Program-made: the position numbers and the translations under genes
Source: an uncultured delta proteobacterium
Lineage (GTDB): Bacteria > Myxococcota > Myxococcia > Myxococcales > Myxococcaceae
Assembly: GCA_963776345.1 (NCBI GenBank)
Contig: CAVZMH010000019.1
Span: 64,001 to 128,000, forward strand
DNA: 64,000 nt
Reading direction: 5' to 3'
In this document: positions 1 through 9,956 of the stretch, piece after piece
How the letters are laid out: each line of letters starts with the position of its first letter
Position numbering within the stretch: the first letter of the stretch is position 1
Notes under the pieces: model-generated
Told to the model about the DNA's origin: nothing
What the model saw: only the letters and a program-made list of their open reading frames with translations
Database searches by the model: none

Positions 1-402
1 GAACGCGCCGGGTGGAGCCGGGTCCTGGCGCGGCTGCCGCCCGCGGCGCAGCATCTGCAGACGCTCCTCTGGGTGATGGTCGGCTGGGTGTTCTTCCGGG
101 CCCCCTCCGTGGGCCACGCGCTGCTCTTCCTCCGTGCCCTGGTGGGCGGCAGCGCCGGCGTGGCTCCGCTCGAGGCAGTGTCGATGGCCACGCCCGCCGT
201 GGTGCTCGCCCTGACCGCGGGGATCATCGGCTCGACGCCGGTGGTGGCCGAGCTCGCCGGCCGCTGGCGCGCGACGACGGGCGAGCGGGGAGCGCCCGCG
301 TGGACGCTGGCCCGCGAGTGCGCGCTGGTGGGGCTGCTGCTGCTCTCCACGATGCAGGTGGCCTCCGGCACCTACAACCCGTTCATCTACTTCCGGTTCT
401 GA
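1..402 (+). CDS. MBOAT-family O-acyltransferase, AlgI-like (5' truncated by window edge)
   Basis: Frame open from base 1; hydrophobic helices, GWVFFRA and terminal YNPFIYFRF typical of AlgI/DltB-like MBOATs. Confidence 0.85.
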   Translation, partial: ERAGWSRVLARLPPAAQHLQTLLWVMVGWVFFRAPSVGHALLFLRALVGGSAGVAPLEAVSMATPAVVLALTAGIIGSTPVVAELAGRWRATTGERGAPAWTLARECALVGLLLLSTMQVASGTYNPFIYFRF

Positions 403-1571
403 TGACCTCCGCCCGGTCCGCCTCCGTCGCTCGCCCCAAGGCGCTGGCCCCACCGGGCCGGGGGCTGGTGCTCGCCTTCCTGGTGCTCATCTCCCTTCCG
501 GCGCTGGTGGGTCTGGGAGGGCAGAGTGCCCGGGACCGGGAGCGCGCCGGCGAGCTTCCGGTGCGCCCGCCGTCGCTGACCCATGCGGGCGGCGTGGGCC
601 AGTACCTCCAGGACATCCAAGTCTACCTCCGTGCCACCTTCGGGCTGCGGCAGACGCTGATTCACTCGGACGCCCGGCTGAAGCGCGCCCTCGGCCTGAG
701 CGAGAGCGTCGGCTCGGCGGTGACGCACGGCCGTGACGGCTGGCTCTTCTACCGGGTGCACCGCGGAAGGCAGGGCGTTCGCCCCGAGCTTCCGTTCACT
801 CCCGAGGAGCTCGATCGGTGGGTGGGGACCTTCACCGCCCAGCACCGGCGGGCGACGGAGCTCGGGATCCGCTACCTGCTCGTGGTCGCGCCCGACAAGG
901 AGACCATCTACCCCGACTTCCTCCCCGCGGGGCTCCCCCCGGCGGAGCCGGTCTCCCGGCTCGACGTGCTTGCCGGCCGCCTCCGCGCCGAGGGCGTTCC
1001 AGTGGTCGACCTCCGGCCCGCGCTCCGCGAGGCGCGCGGTGCCTCCTCTCCGTTCTCCCGCTGGCCGCTGTACCACCGCACCGACGACCACTGGAACGAG
1101 CTCGGGGCCCTGATCGCCGCGCGCCCCGTCCTCGCCGAGCTGCGCGCGCGGTTCCCCGGAGTCCGCGTCCCGCTCGACGACGAGGTGGAGGTCACGACCG
1201 CGGCGACCGCCGGCGGCGACCTCGCCCGGATGGAAGGGGTCCAGGAGATCTCCAGCGAGCTCCAGGTCCTGGCGCGGCTGCGTTCCGCGGCCTGCGTGTT
1301 CGATCCCTTCGGCGGGCCGAGGCCCACCGGCCCCGAGGTGCCGCTCCAGGCCGCTCAGGTCCTGGAGTGCCCGGGCGCCCCAATCCTCCGTGGGCTCGTC
1401 CTGCACGACTCGATGATGGTGGCCATGCTCCCGGTGCTCGCGCCCGTGTTCCAGCGCTCGGTCTGGCGGCTCACCCCGGTCCTCGACCCGGCACTGCTCG
1501 CGGCGGAGAAGCCGGACGTCGTCGTGGTGGAGCTGGTGGAGCGCACGCTCTGGGAGGGGTTGGCCCAGTGA
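402..1571 (+). CDS. AlgJ/AlgX-like SGNH-type periplasmic O-acetyltransferase
   Basis: ATG overlaps upstream TGA; N-terminal TM helix; GRDGWLF, PDKETIYP, TDDHWN (DxH) motifs. Confidence 0.8.
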   Translation: MTSARSASVARPKALAPPGRGLVLAFLVLISLPALVGLGGQSARDRERAGELPVRPPSLTHAGGVGQYLQDIQVYLRATFGLRQTLIHSDARLKRALGLSESVGSAVTHGRDGWLFYRVHRGRQGVRPELPFTPEELDRWVGTFTAQHRRATELGIRYLLVVAPDKETIYPDFLPAGLPPAEPVSRLDVLAGRLRAEGVPVVDLRPALREARGASSPFSRWPLYHRTDDHWNELGALIAARPVLAELRARFPGVRVPLDDEVEVTTAATAGGDLARMEGVQEISSELQVLARLRSAACVFDPFGGPRPTGPEVPLQAAQVLECPGAPILRGLVLHDSMMVAMLPVLAPVFQRSVWRLTPVLDPALLAAEKPDVVVVELVERTLWEGLAQ

Positions 1572-2518
1572 CCCCCGACGCCGTCTTCCTCCCCGCCCTC
1601 GGGGTGCTCGGCCTGGTGGTGGGGAGCTTCCTCAACGTGGTCATCGCCCGCGTCCCCCACGGCCAGTCCATCGTCCGTCCGGGCTCGCGTTGCCCCCGGT
1701 GCGGTCACGCGCTGGCCTGGTACGAGAACGTGCCGCTCCTGTCCTGGGCCGCGCTCCGGGGCCGCTGCTGGAGCTGCAGGGCCCCCATCTCCATCCGCTA
1801 TCCGGCGGTGGAGCTCTTGACCGGGCTCCTCTTCGTGGCCGCCGGCTGGGCGTTCGGCCCGAGCTGGGCGCTCCTCCGGGCCCTGGTCCTCATCGGCTTC
1901 CTGGTGCCGCTCGCGCTCATCGACCTCGAGCACTGGATCGTCCCGGTGGGCCTCACCGTGCTCGGGACGGCGGCGGGCCTGTTGAGCGCGATCCCGCTCG
2001 GTCGGCCCACTCTGCGAGACTGCGCGATCGGCGCCGGGGCCGGCTTCGTCGTCTTCTGGGCGCTGGAGCGGGTGTCCCTCCTGATGGTGGTGAAGCTCAT
2101 CCGACCGCTGCTCCGGGCGCTCCGGGCCCTCCTCGCCCGCGCGTCCGGGCGCGAGCCACCGGCGCCCGAGCCGGACCCCACCGAGGCGCTCGGAGCGGGG
2201 GACAAGTGGCTCCTCCTCCTGGTCGGGAGCTTCCTCGGATGGCGGCCGCTGTTCGGGCTCCTCCTGCTCAGCGCGCTCCAGGGCGCGGTGGTGGGCACCA
2301 CCTTGCTCCTCCTCCACGGCCGGGCGGGCTCGGAGCCGCCGCCCCCGGGCTCGCCGGCGACCGAGGATGGCTGGGCGCCCGAGGCCACCGCGCTCCCCTT
2401 CGGGCCGTGGATTGCGCTGGCCGCGCTCGAGCTCGCGCTCGCCGGGCCCTGGCTCTCGGAGGCCTTCCCCTCGCCGCTGGTCGCGCTGGTGACCGGACAG
2501 CCGTGGATACCGCAGTGA
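1568..2518 (+). CDS. pilD: Prepilin peptidase/N-methyltransferase
   Basis: GTGA overlap; GSFLNVVIARVP, CPRC...CWSC zinc site, ISIRYPAVE, IDLEH and GAGD aspartates, LPFGPW. Confidence 0.93.
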   Translation: MTPDAVFLPALGVLGLVVGSFLNVVIARVPHGQSIVRPGSRCPRCGHALAWYENVPLLSWAALRGRCWSCRAPISIRYPAVELLTGLLFVAAGWAFGPSWALLRALVLIGFLVPLALIDLEHWIVPVGLTVLGTAAGLLSAIPLGRPTLRDCAIGAGAGFVVFWALERVSLLMVVKLIRPLLRALRALLARASGREPPAPEPDPTEALGAGDKWLLLLVGSFLGWRPLFGLLLLSALQGAVVGTTLLLLHGRAGSEPPPPGSPATEDGWAPEATALPFGPWIALAALELALAGPWLSEAFPSPLVALVTGQPWIPQ

Positions 2519-4590
2519 ACGTGACCGAGGCACAGCCCGGGCGCGAGCCGGCCGACCCCGAGGCGACGGCCTCCGCGGCCACGGGGTCCTGGGCGCGCGT
2601 CGCGCTGCTCGCCGCCTCGCTGGTCGCCGGCGTGGTGGCCGCGCTCCTCGCGCTGATGCCGATGAACGACCCGGACCTGTTCTGGCACCTGGCCGTGGGT
2701 CGCTACGTGACGGTGCACCACCGGCTGCCCACCACCAACCTCTGGTCGTTCACCGCGCCGGATCATCCGTTCCTCGCCAGCTCCTGGCTGTTCGACCTGC
2801 TCCTGGAGCGACTGAACGCGGCAGGGGGGCTGGTCGCCGTTCACCTGGCCACGGCCCTGGTGGTCGGTTCCTCCTTCGCCGTGCTGCTCCTCGCCGTGCG
2901 GAGCCGGGGGGCGAGCCTGCCGTGGGCCCTGGGCACGGTGGTCGCGCTCGCGTTCGGGGCCGAGGCCCGCTTCACCCCCCGGCCGCAGGTGTTCAGCTAC
3001 CTCTTGCTGTCGCTGCTCTCGCTGCTCCTGGTGCGCGACCGGGCGCGCCGGTCCTGGCGCGCGCTCGCGTGGGTGCCGGTCCTGCTCGTCGTCTGGGCGA
3101 ACCTCCATGCGGGGGTGGTGTTCGGGCTGGTGCTCGTGGGCTGCCACCTGGCGGACGAGCTGTGGGCGCGCCTCCCGGGACTTCCGGCCGCAGGCCGCCG
3201 CCGGCTGCTCCTGGGCTCGGCCGCCGCCGGCGCCGTCTGTCTCGGGGCGCTGCTCCTCAACCCCGGCGGCCCGGATCTGATCAGGTACGCGCTGTTCCAC
3301 GTCTCCGAGGTGGGCTCGGTGGTGAGGCTCGGCGAGTTCAACAGCCCGAGCCTGCACGACCGGCCGCTGTTCTGGGTCGTCCTCGTCGCGACGCCGCTGC
3401 TCCTCCTCGTCTCCCGCCGGGAGGCGCGCCTCGCCGAGTGGCTCGGGTGGCTGGCCTTCGGCGCGCTCGGCTGCCGGGCGATGCGGCTCATCCCCGAGTT
3501 CTTCCTGGTGGTGGGTCCGTCGGTGGGCTGGGCGGCGGAGCGCGCCTTCCAGAGGATCGCCGCCGGACGGGTAAGGGCGGGGGTGGCCAGGCTGGTCCCG
3601 GTGCTCCTGCCGCTCGGCTCCCTGGCCATCCTCCCGTATCCGGCGCTGCACCTCCTCCGGCGCATCCAGCCGGGCCTCGACCCGTACCGGAACCCGGTGC
3701 GCGCGGTCGCGCAGGCCGAGCGGTGGGGGCTCTCGGGCCGAGTCTTCGCCGGCTGGGACGCGACCGGGCTCGTGGAGTGGGCCTTGCCGCAGGCACAGGT
3801 CCAGGTGGATCCCCGGCTCCTGGCCTATCCGCCCGAGGTCTTCCACGCGCTCGAGCAGGCCGAGGACTCGCCGCAGGCCTTCGACGCCTACGTCGACCGC
3901 TGGGACATCGGCTGGGCGCTCCGGACGCAGCAGCGGCTGCGCTTCACCGGGGCGGGCCTGTTCGACCCGAGGCGCTGGGCGGTGGTGTTCTGGGACGAGG
4001 GTGGGCAGATCCTCCTGCGACGGGACGTGCCCCGGTTCGCCGAGCTGATCCGAGAGCAGGAGCTCCAGGAGTTCCTCCCCGCGACGCCGGTGGTCGAGGC
4101 CTGGCGGACGTTCCGCGGCCCCCGCCGCGCGCGGTGGCTCGAGGAGGCGCGGCGGCTCGCCGCCACCTCTCCCCGGCTGGTGGACGCGCACGCCGCGCTC
4201 TGCCTCGAGGCGGCCCGCACCGGCGAGCTCGCCCCGGCGGAGCAGGAGTGCTCCCTGGCCGCGGCGGCGGCCGACGAGCGGTACTGGCTGCACCCCGCGC
4301 CGGGCGGTCTGCGGTCGCTGAGCGCGGCCATCGCCCAGCTGGTGCTCGCCGGCGAGATCACCCGCCGGGGCACGCAGGAGCCCGTGGAGCCTCTCCTGGC
4401 GCGGGCCGTTGCGCTCGCCCCGGAGAGCGCGGACGTCTGGGCCGGGCAGGGCGCGCTGCTGCTGGAGCGGAGGGACCCGGCCGGGGCGGTTGTCGCGTTT
4501 CGCCGCGCGCTGGCCATCGACCCGGCGCACCGGCCGGCGAGCGAGGGGCTGGCCCGGGCGGAGAGGCTGGCCACGGGGGGTGGCCGGTGA
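2515..4590 (+). CDS. Polytopic membrane protein with C-terminal TPR; putative GT-C-fold glycosyltransferase
   Basis: GTGA overlap; DPDLFWHL acidic loop after first TM, about 11 hydrophobic segments, RPQVFS, WANLHAG, LLNP, TPR-like tail. Function inferred. Confidence 0.6.
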   Translation: MNVTEAQPGREPADPEATASAATGSWARVALLAASLVAGVVAALLALMPMNDPDLFWHLAVGRYVTVHHRLPTTNLWSFTAPDHPFLASSWLFDLLLERLNAAGGLVAVHLATALVVGSSFAVLLLAVRSRGASLPWALGTVVALAFGAEARFTPRPQVFSYLLLSLLSLLLVRDRARRSWRALAWVPVLLVVWANLHAGVVFGLVLVGCHLADELWARLPGLPAAGRRRLLLGSAAAGAVCLGALLLNPGGPDLIRYALFHVSEVGSVVRLGEFNSPSLHDRPLFWVVLVATPLLLLVSRREARLAEWLGWLAFGALGCRAMRLIPEFFLVVGPSVGWAAERAFQRIAAGRVRAGVARLVPVLLPLGSLAILPYPALHLLRRIQPGLDPYRNPVRAVAQAERWGLSGRVFAGWDATGLVEWALPQAQVQVDPRLLAYPPEVFHALEQAEDSPQAFDAYVDRWDIGWALRTQQRLRFTGAGLFDPRRWAVVFWDEGGQILLRRDVPRFAELIREQELQEFLPATPVVEAWRTFRGPRRARWLEEARRLAATSPRLVDAHAALCLEAARTGELAPAEQECSLAAAAADERYWLHPAPGGLRSLSAAIAQLVLAGEITRRGTQEPVEPLLARAVALAPESADVWAGQGALLLERRDPAGAVVAFRRALAIDPAHRPASEGLARAERLATGGGR

Positions 4591-5708
4591 AGCTGCGCAT
4601 CGCCGCGATCGCCTTCCTCCTCGCGGTGCTCGCCACCGGCATCACCTGGCTGTCCTTCCAGCCGGTGGTGCTGCGGCTGGTGGAGGCGCTCCGGATCGCC
4701 GCGCCGGCGGGGAGCCCGTCGCGCCACGTGCTGGAGACGGCCCAGGCGTTCCTGCCGCTCTACCTCGGGCTCGATCTCCTGATCCTGGTGCTGGTGGCCT
4801 TCGGAGTCCTCTACTTCACCGTGGTGCGGCCGCTGGGCGCGGTGGAGCGCGAGATGCAGGGCCTCGAGCGGCTGGACTGGGCGCCCGAGGAGAAGGGCGG
4901 GGGGCCGCTCCTCAGCCGCTTCCAGGCCAGCCTGCGGCGGACCGCCACCGCGCTTCAGGCCGAGCGCGCGCTCACCCGGCGCCAGCTCGAGGACCTCGCC
5001 GCGGCCAACGAGCGGCTCACCCGCGCCCAGGCCGAGCTGGTCGCCAGCGAGCGCCTGGCCACGGTGGGCCGGCTCGCCGCCGGCGTGGCGCACGAGATCG
5101 GCAACCCGCTCTCGGGGGTGCTGGGCTGGCTGAGCGTGGCCCAGGCCCGGAGCGCCGGGGACGCCGAGCTCTCCGGGTACCTCCGGGAGATGGAGGCCGA
5201 GGTCCGGCGCATCGACGGCATCGTCCGGAGCCTCCTCGACCTCGGCCGGCCGGTGCGCACCCAGGTGGGCCCGGTCCCGGTGGCCGACCTGGTCCGGACC
5301 GCGGCGCGGCTGGTGGGCTCGGGCCCCGAGTTCCGGGAAATCACCGTGGAGACCGAGATCGACCCGGGGCTGGTGGCCCTGGCCGACCCGGGGCCCCTCA
5401 GCCAGGTGGTCATCAACCTCCTGATCAACGCCGCGCAGGCCATCGGCGGGCCCGGGACCATCCGGGTGGCGGGGGCGGCCGACGGGGGTCGGGTGCGCAT
5501 CGACGTCCTGGACTCCGGTCCGGGGGTGCCGCCCGAGCTGCGCGAGCGGATCTTCGAGCCGTTCTTCACCACCAAGTCGGGCGGGAAGGGCACGGGGCTC
5601 GGGCTCGCGGTGAGCCAGCACCTGATGCGGGTGATGTCGGGAGACGTCGCCGTGGGGGAGTCACCCCAGGGCGGAGGAAAGTTCACCGTCAGCTTGCCGG
5701 CCGCCTGA
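4587..5708 (+). CDS. Sensor histidine kinase (PilS2-like by position)
   Basis: Two TM helices; H-box AHEIGNPL, N-box NLLINA, DSGPG, FEPFFTTK, GTGLGL. Confidence 0.9.
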   Translation: MKLRIAAIAFLLAVLATGITWLSFQPVVLRLVEALRIAAPAGSPSRHVLETAQAFLPLYLGLDLLILVLVAFGVLYFTVVRPLGAVEREMQGLERLDWAPEEKGGGPLLSRFQASLRRTATALQAERALTRRQLEDLAAANERLTRAQAELVASERLATVGRLAAGVAHEIGNPLSGVLGWLSVAQARSAGDAELSGYLREMEAEVRRIDGIVRSLLDLGRPVRTQVGPVPVADLVRTAARLVGSGPEFREITVETEIDPGLVALADPGPLSQVVINLLINAAQAIGGPGTIRVAGAADGGRVRIDVLDSGPGVPPELRERIFEPFFTTKSGGKGTGLGLAVSQHLMRVMSGDVAVGESPQGGGKFTVSLPAA

Positions 5709-5767
5709 TCGGCGGGTTCGGGGCTCGCCTCGGCGCTCCGTCGTGGGAGAATGCCCGCACCACCCCG

Positions 5768-7184
5768 ATGTCCATCCTTCGCTCGGTCCTCGTCGCGGAC
5801 GACGAGGCGTCGCTCCGCCACGTGCTCACGCTGGTCCTCCAGGGCCACGGCTACGAGGTGCGGGCGGTGAGCAACGGCGAGGAGGCTCTGGCCGAGCTCG
5901 AGGCGCGCGACTACGACGCGGTCATCTCCGACGTGCGGATGCCGCGGGTGGACGGGCTCACCGTCCTCAAGCGTGCCCTGGCGCGGCAGCCGGACCTCAC
6001 CTTCGTGGTGATGAGCGCCTACGGGCAGCCGGACGCGGCGCTCGAGGCCGTGGCCGCAGGCGCCTTCGACTACGTCTCCAAGCCCTTCAAGCCCGAGGAG
6101 GTGGTCCTCGTCCTGAAGAAGGCCGAGGAGCGGCGGCGGCTGGTGACCGAGAACCGCCGGCTCCGGCGCTCGGGCGCGGACCGGGGGCCGCTGGACCGGA
6201 TCGTCGGCAGCTCCGAGGCGGTGAAGCAGCTCCACAAGCAGATCCTCAAGGTCGCCCCGGTCTCCACCACGGTGCTGATCACCGGCGAGAGCGGGACCGG
6301 CAAGGAGCTGGTGGCCCGCGCGCTCCACGAGCTCTCTCCCCGTGCGGCCATGCCCTTCGTCCCGGTGAACTGCGGGGCCATCCCGCCGGGCCTGCTGGAG
6401 TCCGAGCTCTTCGGCCACGCCCGGGGCGCGTTCACCGACGCCCGCACCGCCAAGCGCGGCCTCTTCGCCGAGGCCGACGGGGGCACGCTCCTGCTGGACG
6501 AGGCCGGCGAGCTTCCGCCGGCGGCGCAGATCAAGCTGCTCCGCTTCCTCCAGGAGGGCGAGATCCGCGCGGTGGGCGAGAACCGCTCGGAGCGGGTGGA
6601 CGTCCGGGTGCTCGCCGCGACGCACCGCGACCTCGGCAAGCTGGTGGAGCGGAGCGAGTTCCGCGAGGATCTCTACTACCGGCTGAACGTGGTGAACCTC
6701 CACATCCCACCGCTGCGGGCGCGCCGGGAGGACGTGCTGCAGCTGGCGCGGGCGTTCCTCCTGCGCTTCAACCGGGAGCTCAACCGCCAGGTCCCGGTCA
6801 CCGGGTTCGAGCCGGGAGCCGAGGAGCTGCTCTCGTCCTACTGCCTGGCCCGGGAACGTGCGCGAGCTGGAGAACGCCATCGAGCGCGCGGTGCTGCTGG
6901 CGGAGGGGAATCTGGTGACGGTCCAGAACCTCCCGGAGCGGATCTGGTCCACGGCCCGGGGCCCCGATGCCCCGGCGCCGGCGGCGGGCGGCGAGACCCA
7001 GGATGACCTCTCGCTCAAGCGGGCCATGCGCTCGCTGGAGGAGCGCTACATCCGTGCAGCACTCCGTCGCACCCGCGGCAACCGGACCCGGGCCTCGGAA
7101 CTGCTGGAGATCAGCCACCGGGCGCTCCTCTACAAGATCAAGGAGTACGGCATCGACGCGGACGCCGAGGGCGAGCTGGGATGA
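5768..7184 (+). pseudogene. Sigma54-dependent response regulator (PilR2-like) with a 1-base insertion near 6842-6845; possibly an assembly error
   Basis: Receiver domain, GESGTGKE, GAFTDA; WPGNVRELEN and the Fis-type HTH continue in the next frame (6846-7184). Confidence 0.85.
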
Positions 7185-7330
7185 GGCCCACCTCACCCAC
7201 CGTGGACGAAGGCGCACACCGACCCCTCAAAGACGTGTCAAACAGGCATGTACGAGCCGAACCCACGAATTGCGCAGCTCCGGTTTTCGCGGGGATACTC
7301 GCTGCTCGCAGTGCAATCCCGGAGGGCGCG

Positions 7331-7558
7331 ATGGCGCGCGGCAAACGCAACGACGTCCAACGTCTGCGTGAGGACCAGCTGATGTCCAAGGCCGAGCTGG
7401 CCCGCCGCGCGGGCGTCTCGGTGCTCACCATCGACCGCGTCGAGCGCGGGGCCGAGTGCCGGGTGGACACCAAGCGGAAGATCATCCTCGCCCTGGGCTA
7501 CCGGGTGGAGGATCGGCGCAAGGTCTTCCCCGACGCGCGCCCGGAAGGAGTCCGGTGA
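7331..7558 (+). CDS. Small XRE-family HTH protein
   Basis: GGAGG SD at 7321; MSKAELARRAGVSVLTIDRVERG HTH; stop overlaps pilM ATG. Confidence 0.85.
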   Translation: MARGKRNDVQRLREDQLMSKAELARRAGVSVLTIDRVERGAECRVDTKRKIILALGYRVEDRRKVFPDARPEGVR

Positions 7559-8640
7559 TGGCGAAGGGAAAGCTGGCCATCGGCCTCGACATCGGGTCGA
7601 CGTCGGTGAAGATGATCCAGCTCAAGGAGCAGCGTCGCCGCGGCGAGGTGGTCTACTCGCTGCAGAACTTCGGGATGAAGCCGCTGCCTCCCGAGGCCAT
7701 CGTCGACAACGCGCTGATGAACTCCACGGCCATCGTCCAGGCCATCCAGGAGCTGATCGGCGAGCTGCGGATCAAGCAGAAGCAGACGGCGATCAGCGTC
7801 TCCGGCCACTCGGTGATCATCAAGAAGATCCAGATGCCGCAGATGTCGCCCGCGGAACTGGACGAGTCCATCCAGTGGGAGGCGGAGCAGTACATCCCCT
7901 TCGACGTGAAGGACGTGAACATCGACACCCAGATCCTCTCCACCGAGGGATCCGCGGCCACCGGCCAGATGGACGTGCTCCTGGTCGCGGCGAAGAAGGA
8001 CATGATCAACGACTACACCGCCGTGGTCACCGAGGCCGGCCTGCTCCCGGTGGTGGTGGACATCGACTCCTTCGCCGTCCAGAACATGTTCAGCGCCAAC
8101 TACGAGACCGCCGACACGGACACGGTGGTGCTGATCAACGCCGGCGCCTCGGTGGTGAACATCAACATCCTCGACCGCGGGGTGACCGTCTTCACCCGCG
8201 ACGTCACCATCGGCGGGAACCAGTTCACCGAGGAGATCCAGAAGCAGCTCAACGTCTCCTACGAGGAGGCCGAGGCGCTGAAGATCGGCGGCGGACGGAG
8301 CGAGTCCGACGCGGTGGTGCCCCAGGAGGTCGAGCGGGTGATGGCCGGCGTGGCCGAGCAGGTGGCCGGGGAGATCCAGCGCTCGCTGGATTTCTACGCC
8401 GGCACCGCGGCCGACACCAAGTTCTCCAAGGTCTACCTCTCCGGAGGCACGGCGAAGATCCCGGCGCTCTTCAAGACCATCGAGGCCCGGGTGGGCGTGC
8501 CGGTGGAGATCGCCAACCCGTTCAAGAACGTGGTCATCGACAGCCGCCGCTTCGATCCGGGCTTCATCATGGACGTCGCGCCGATGGCGGCGGTGGCGGT
8601 CGGGCTGGCCCTGCGCCGTCCCGGGGACAAGCAGGTGTGA
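7558..8640 (+). CDS. pilM: Type IV pilus assembly protein PilM
   Basis: Actin-like GLDIGSTSVK, WEAEQYIPF, LSGG; first of the MNOPQ order. Confidence 0.95.
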   Translation: MAKGKLAIGLDIGSTSVKMIQLKEQRRRGEVVYSLQNFGMKPLPPEAIVDNALMNSTAIVQAIQELIGELRIKQKQTAISVSGHSVIIKKIQMPQMSPAELDESIQWEAEQYIPFDVKDVNIDTQILSTEGSAATGQMDVLLVAAKKDMINDYTAVVTEAGLLPVVVDIDSFAVQNMFSANYETADTDTVVLINAGASVVNINILDRGVTVFTRDVTIGGNQFTEEIQKQLNVSYEEAEALKIGGGRSESDAVVPQEVERVMAGVAEQVAGEIQRSLDFYAGTAADTKFSKVYLSGGTAKIPALFKTIEARVGVPVEIANPFKNVVIDSRRFDPGFIMDVAPMAAVAVGLALRRPGDKQV

Positions 8641-8653
8641 GGAGGGTGCGGCG

Positions 8654-9337
8654 ATGATGATCCACATCAACCTCCTCCCGGTCAGGCAGGAGAAGAAGCG
8701 CGAGGTCGGGCGGCAGTTCCTGGTGGTGGTGGGCGGCGCCCTGTTCATCACCCTGCTCGGGAACTGGCTCTGGTACGACAGCCTGGCCTCCGAGGAGAAG
8801 AAGAACGCCCAGCGGATCGCCAGCACCCAGGCCCGCATCGCCGAGCTGGAGAAGGTGATCGGCGAGGTCAACAACATCAACGCCCGGAAGAAGGACGTCC
8901 AGGCGAAGCTGGCGATCCTCGCCGACCTGCGCAAGCAACGCACCGGCCCGGTGCGCATGCTGGACGCGCTCTCCACCGCGATCCCCAAGAAGGTCTGGCT
9001 GACCGCCTTCGACGAGAAGTCCAGCGCGGTGAAGATGACCGGCCGTGCCGCGAGTCACGAGGACGTGGCCGAGTTCATGCGCGCGCTGCAGAGCATCGTC
9101 TGGACCCCCCGCGGGATGGGGCGGCTCATCGAGCAGAAGCGCGACGCGGCCACCGCCCGGGTGGAGCTGGTGGGAGGCGAGGGCGCGGTGGAGGACTTCC
9201 CCACCAGGTCCATCTCCAACTTCTTCACCCGCGTCGATCTCAAGAGGGCCGAGTCGAAGGCCCCGGCCGGAGCCACGAGCGGGACGCAGCGCATCGTCGA
9301 GTTCGAGATCAACCTGAACTCGAACTACGCCATCTAG
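8654..9337 (+). CDS. pilN: Type IV pilus assembly protein PilN
   Basis: INLLP motif, TM, coiled coil; SD GGAGG. Confidence 0.93.
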   Translation: MMIHINLLPVRQEKKREVGRQFLVVVGGALFITLLGNWLWYDSLASEEKKNAQRIASTQARIAELEKVIGEVNNINARKKDVQAKLAILADLRKQRTGPVRMLDALSTAIPKKVWLTAFDEKSSAVKMTGRAASHEDVAEFMRALQSIVWTPRGMGRLIEQKRDAATARVELVGGEGAVEDFPTRSISNFFTRVDLKRAESKAPAGATSGTQRIVEFEINLNSNYAI

Positions 9338-9347
9338 GACCACGACC

Positions 9348-9956
9348 ATGGACGAGATCATCGACAGGGTCCTGAAGGCGCCTCCCCTCCAGCGGTGGGG
9401 CGGGCTGGCGGCCGTGCTGGTGCTACTGACCATCCTCAACGCCTTCCTCATGGTCCGCCCCGAGCTCGGCACCCTCGAGGGCCAGGCAGCAGAGCAGCGG
9501 CAGCTCGACTCGCAGCTGCAAGAGAAGTCCGAGATCGCCCAGAACCTGAACGAGCGCCGCCGGGAGATGGACGTGCTCCAGCAGAAGCTGGACGAGGCCC
9601 TCGCCGAGCTCCCCGAGTCGGCGGATCTGGACGAGCTCCTGGCACAGCTCAACGAGATCGGTCGCAAGAGCGGGCTGGAGATCGCCGCGGTGGAGCCTGC
9701 GCCCGAGGAGTCCGCGCAGATCTACGTGAAGATCCCCATCAAGATGGCGCTCACCGGCAACTACCACGAGGTCGCCATGTTCCTGCAGTCGCTGGCGACC
9801 CTCCGGCGCATCGTCAACGTCAACAACATCCAGCTCGGATCGCCCATCCTCAGGTCGGAGAAGGTGGTGCTCAACACCTCCTTCGTGGCCACCACCTTCC
9901 GGTTCCTCGACCAGAAGAGCCAGGGGACCGACAAGAAGAAGGCCACGCCCCAATGA
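9348..9956 (+). CDS. pilO: Type IV pilus assembly protein PilO
   Basis: TM + coiled coil, GNYHEV..F, RIVNV; synteny. Confidence 0.93.
   Translation: MDEIIDRVLKAPPLQRWGGLAAVLVLLTILNAFLMVRPELGTLEGQAAEQRQLDSQLQEKSEIAQNLNERRREMDVLQQKLDEALAELPESADLDELLAQLNEIGRKSGLEIAAVEPAPEESAQIYVKIPIKMALTGNYHEVAMFLQSLATLRRIVNVNNIQLGSPILRSEKVVLNTSFVATTFRFLDQKSQGTDKKKATPQ

Noticed and set aside
7185..7330. Possible cyclic-dinucleotide (GEMM-I) riboswitch before the pilM operon
   Set aside because: No GAAA-tetraloop stem or GCAAA core motif found
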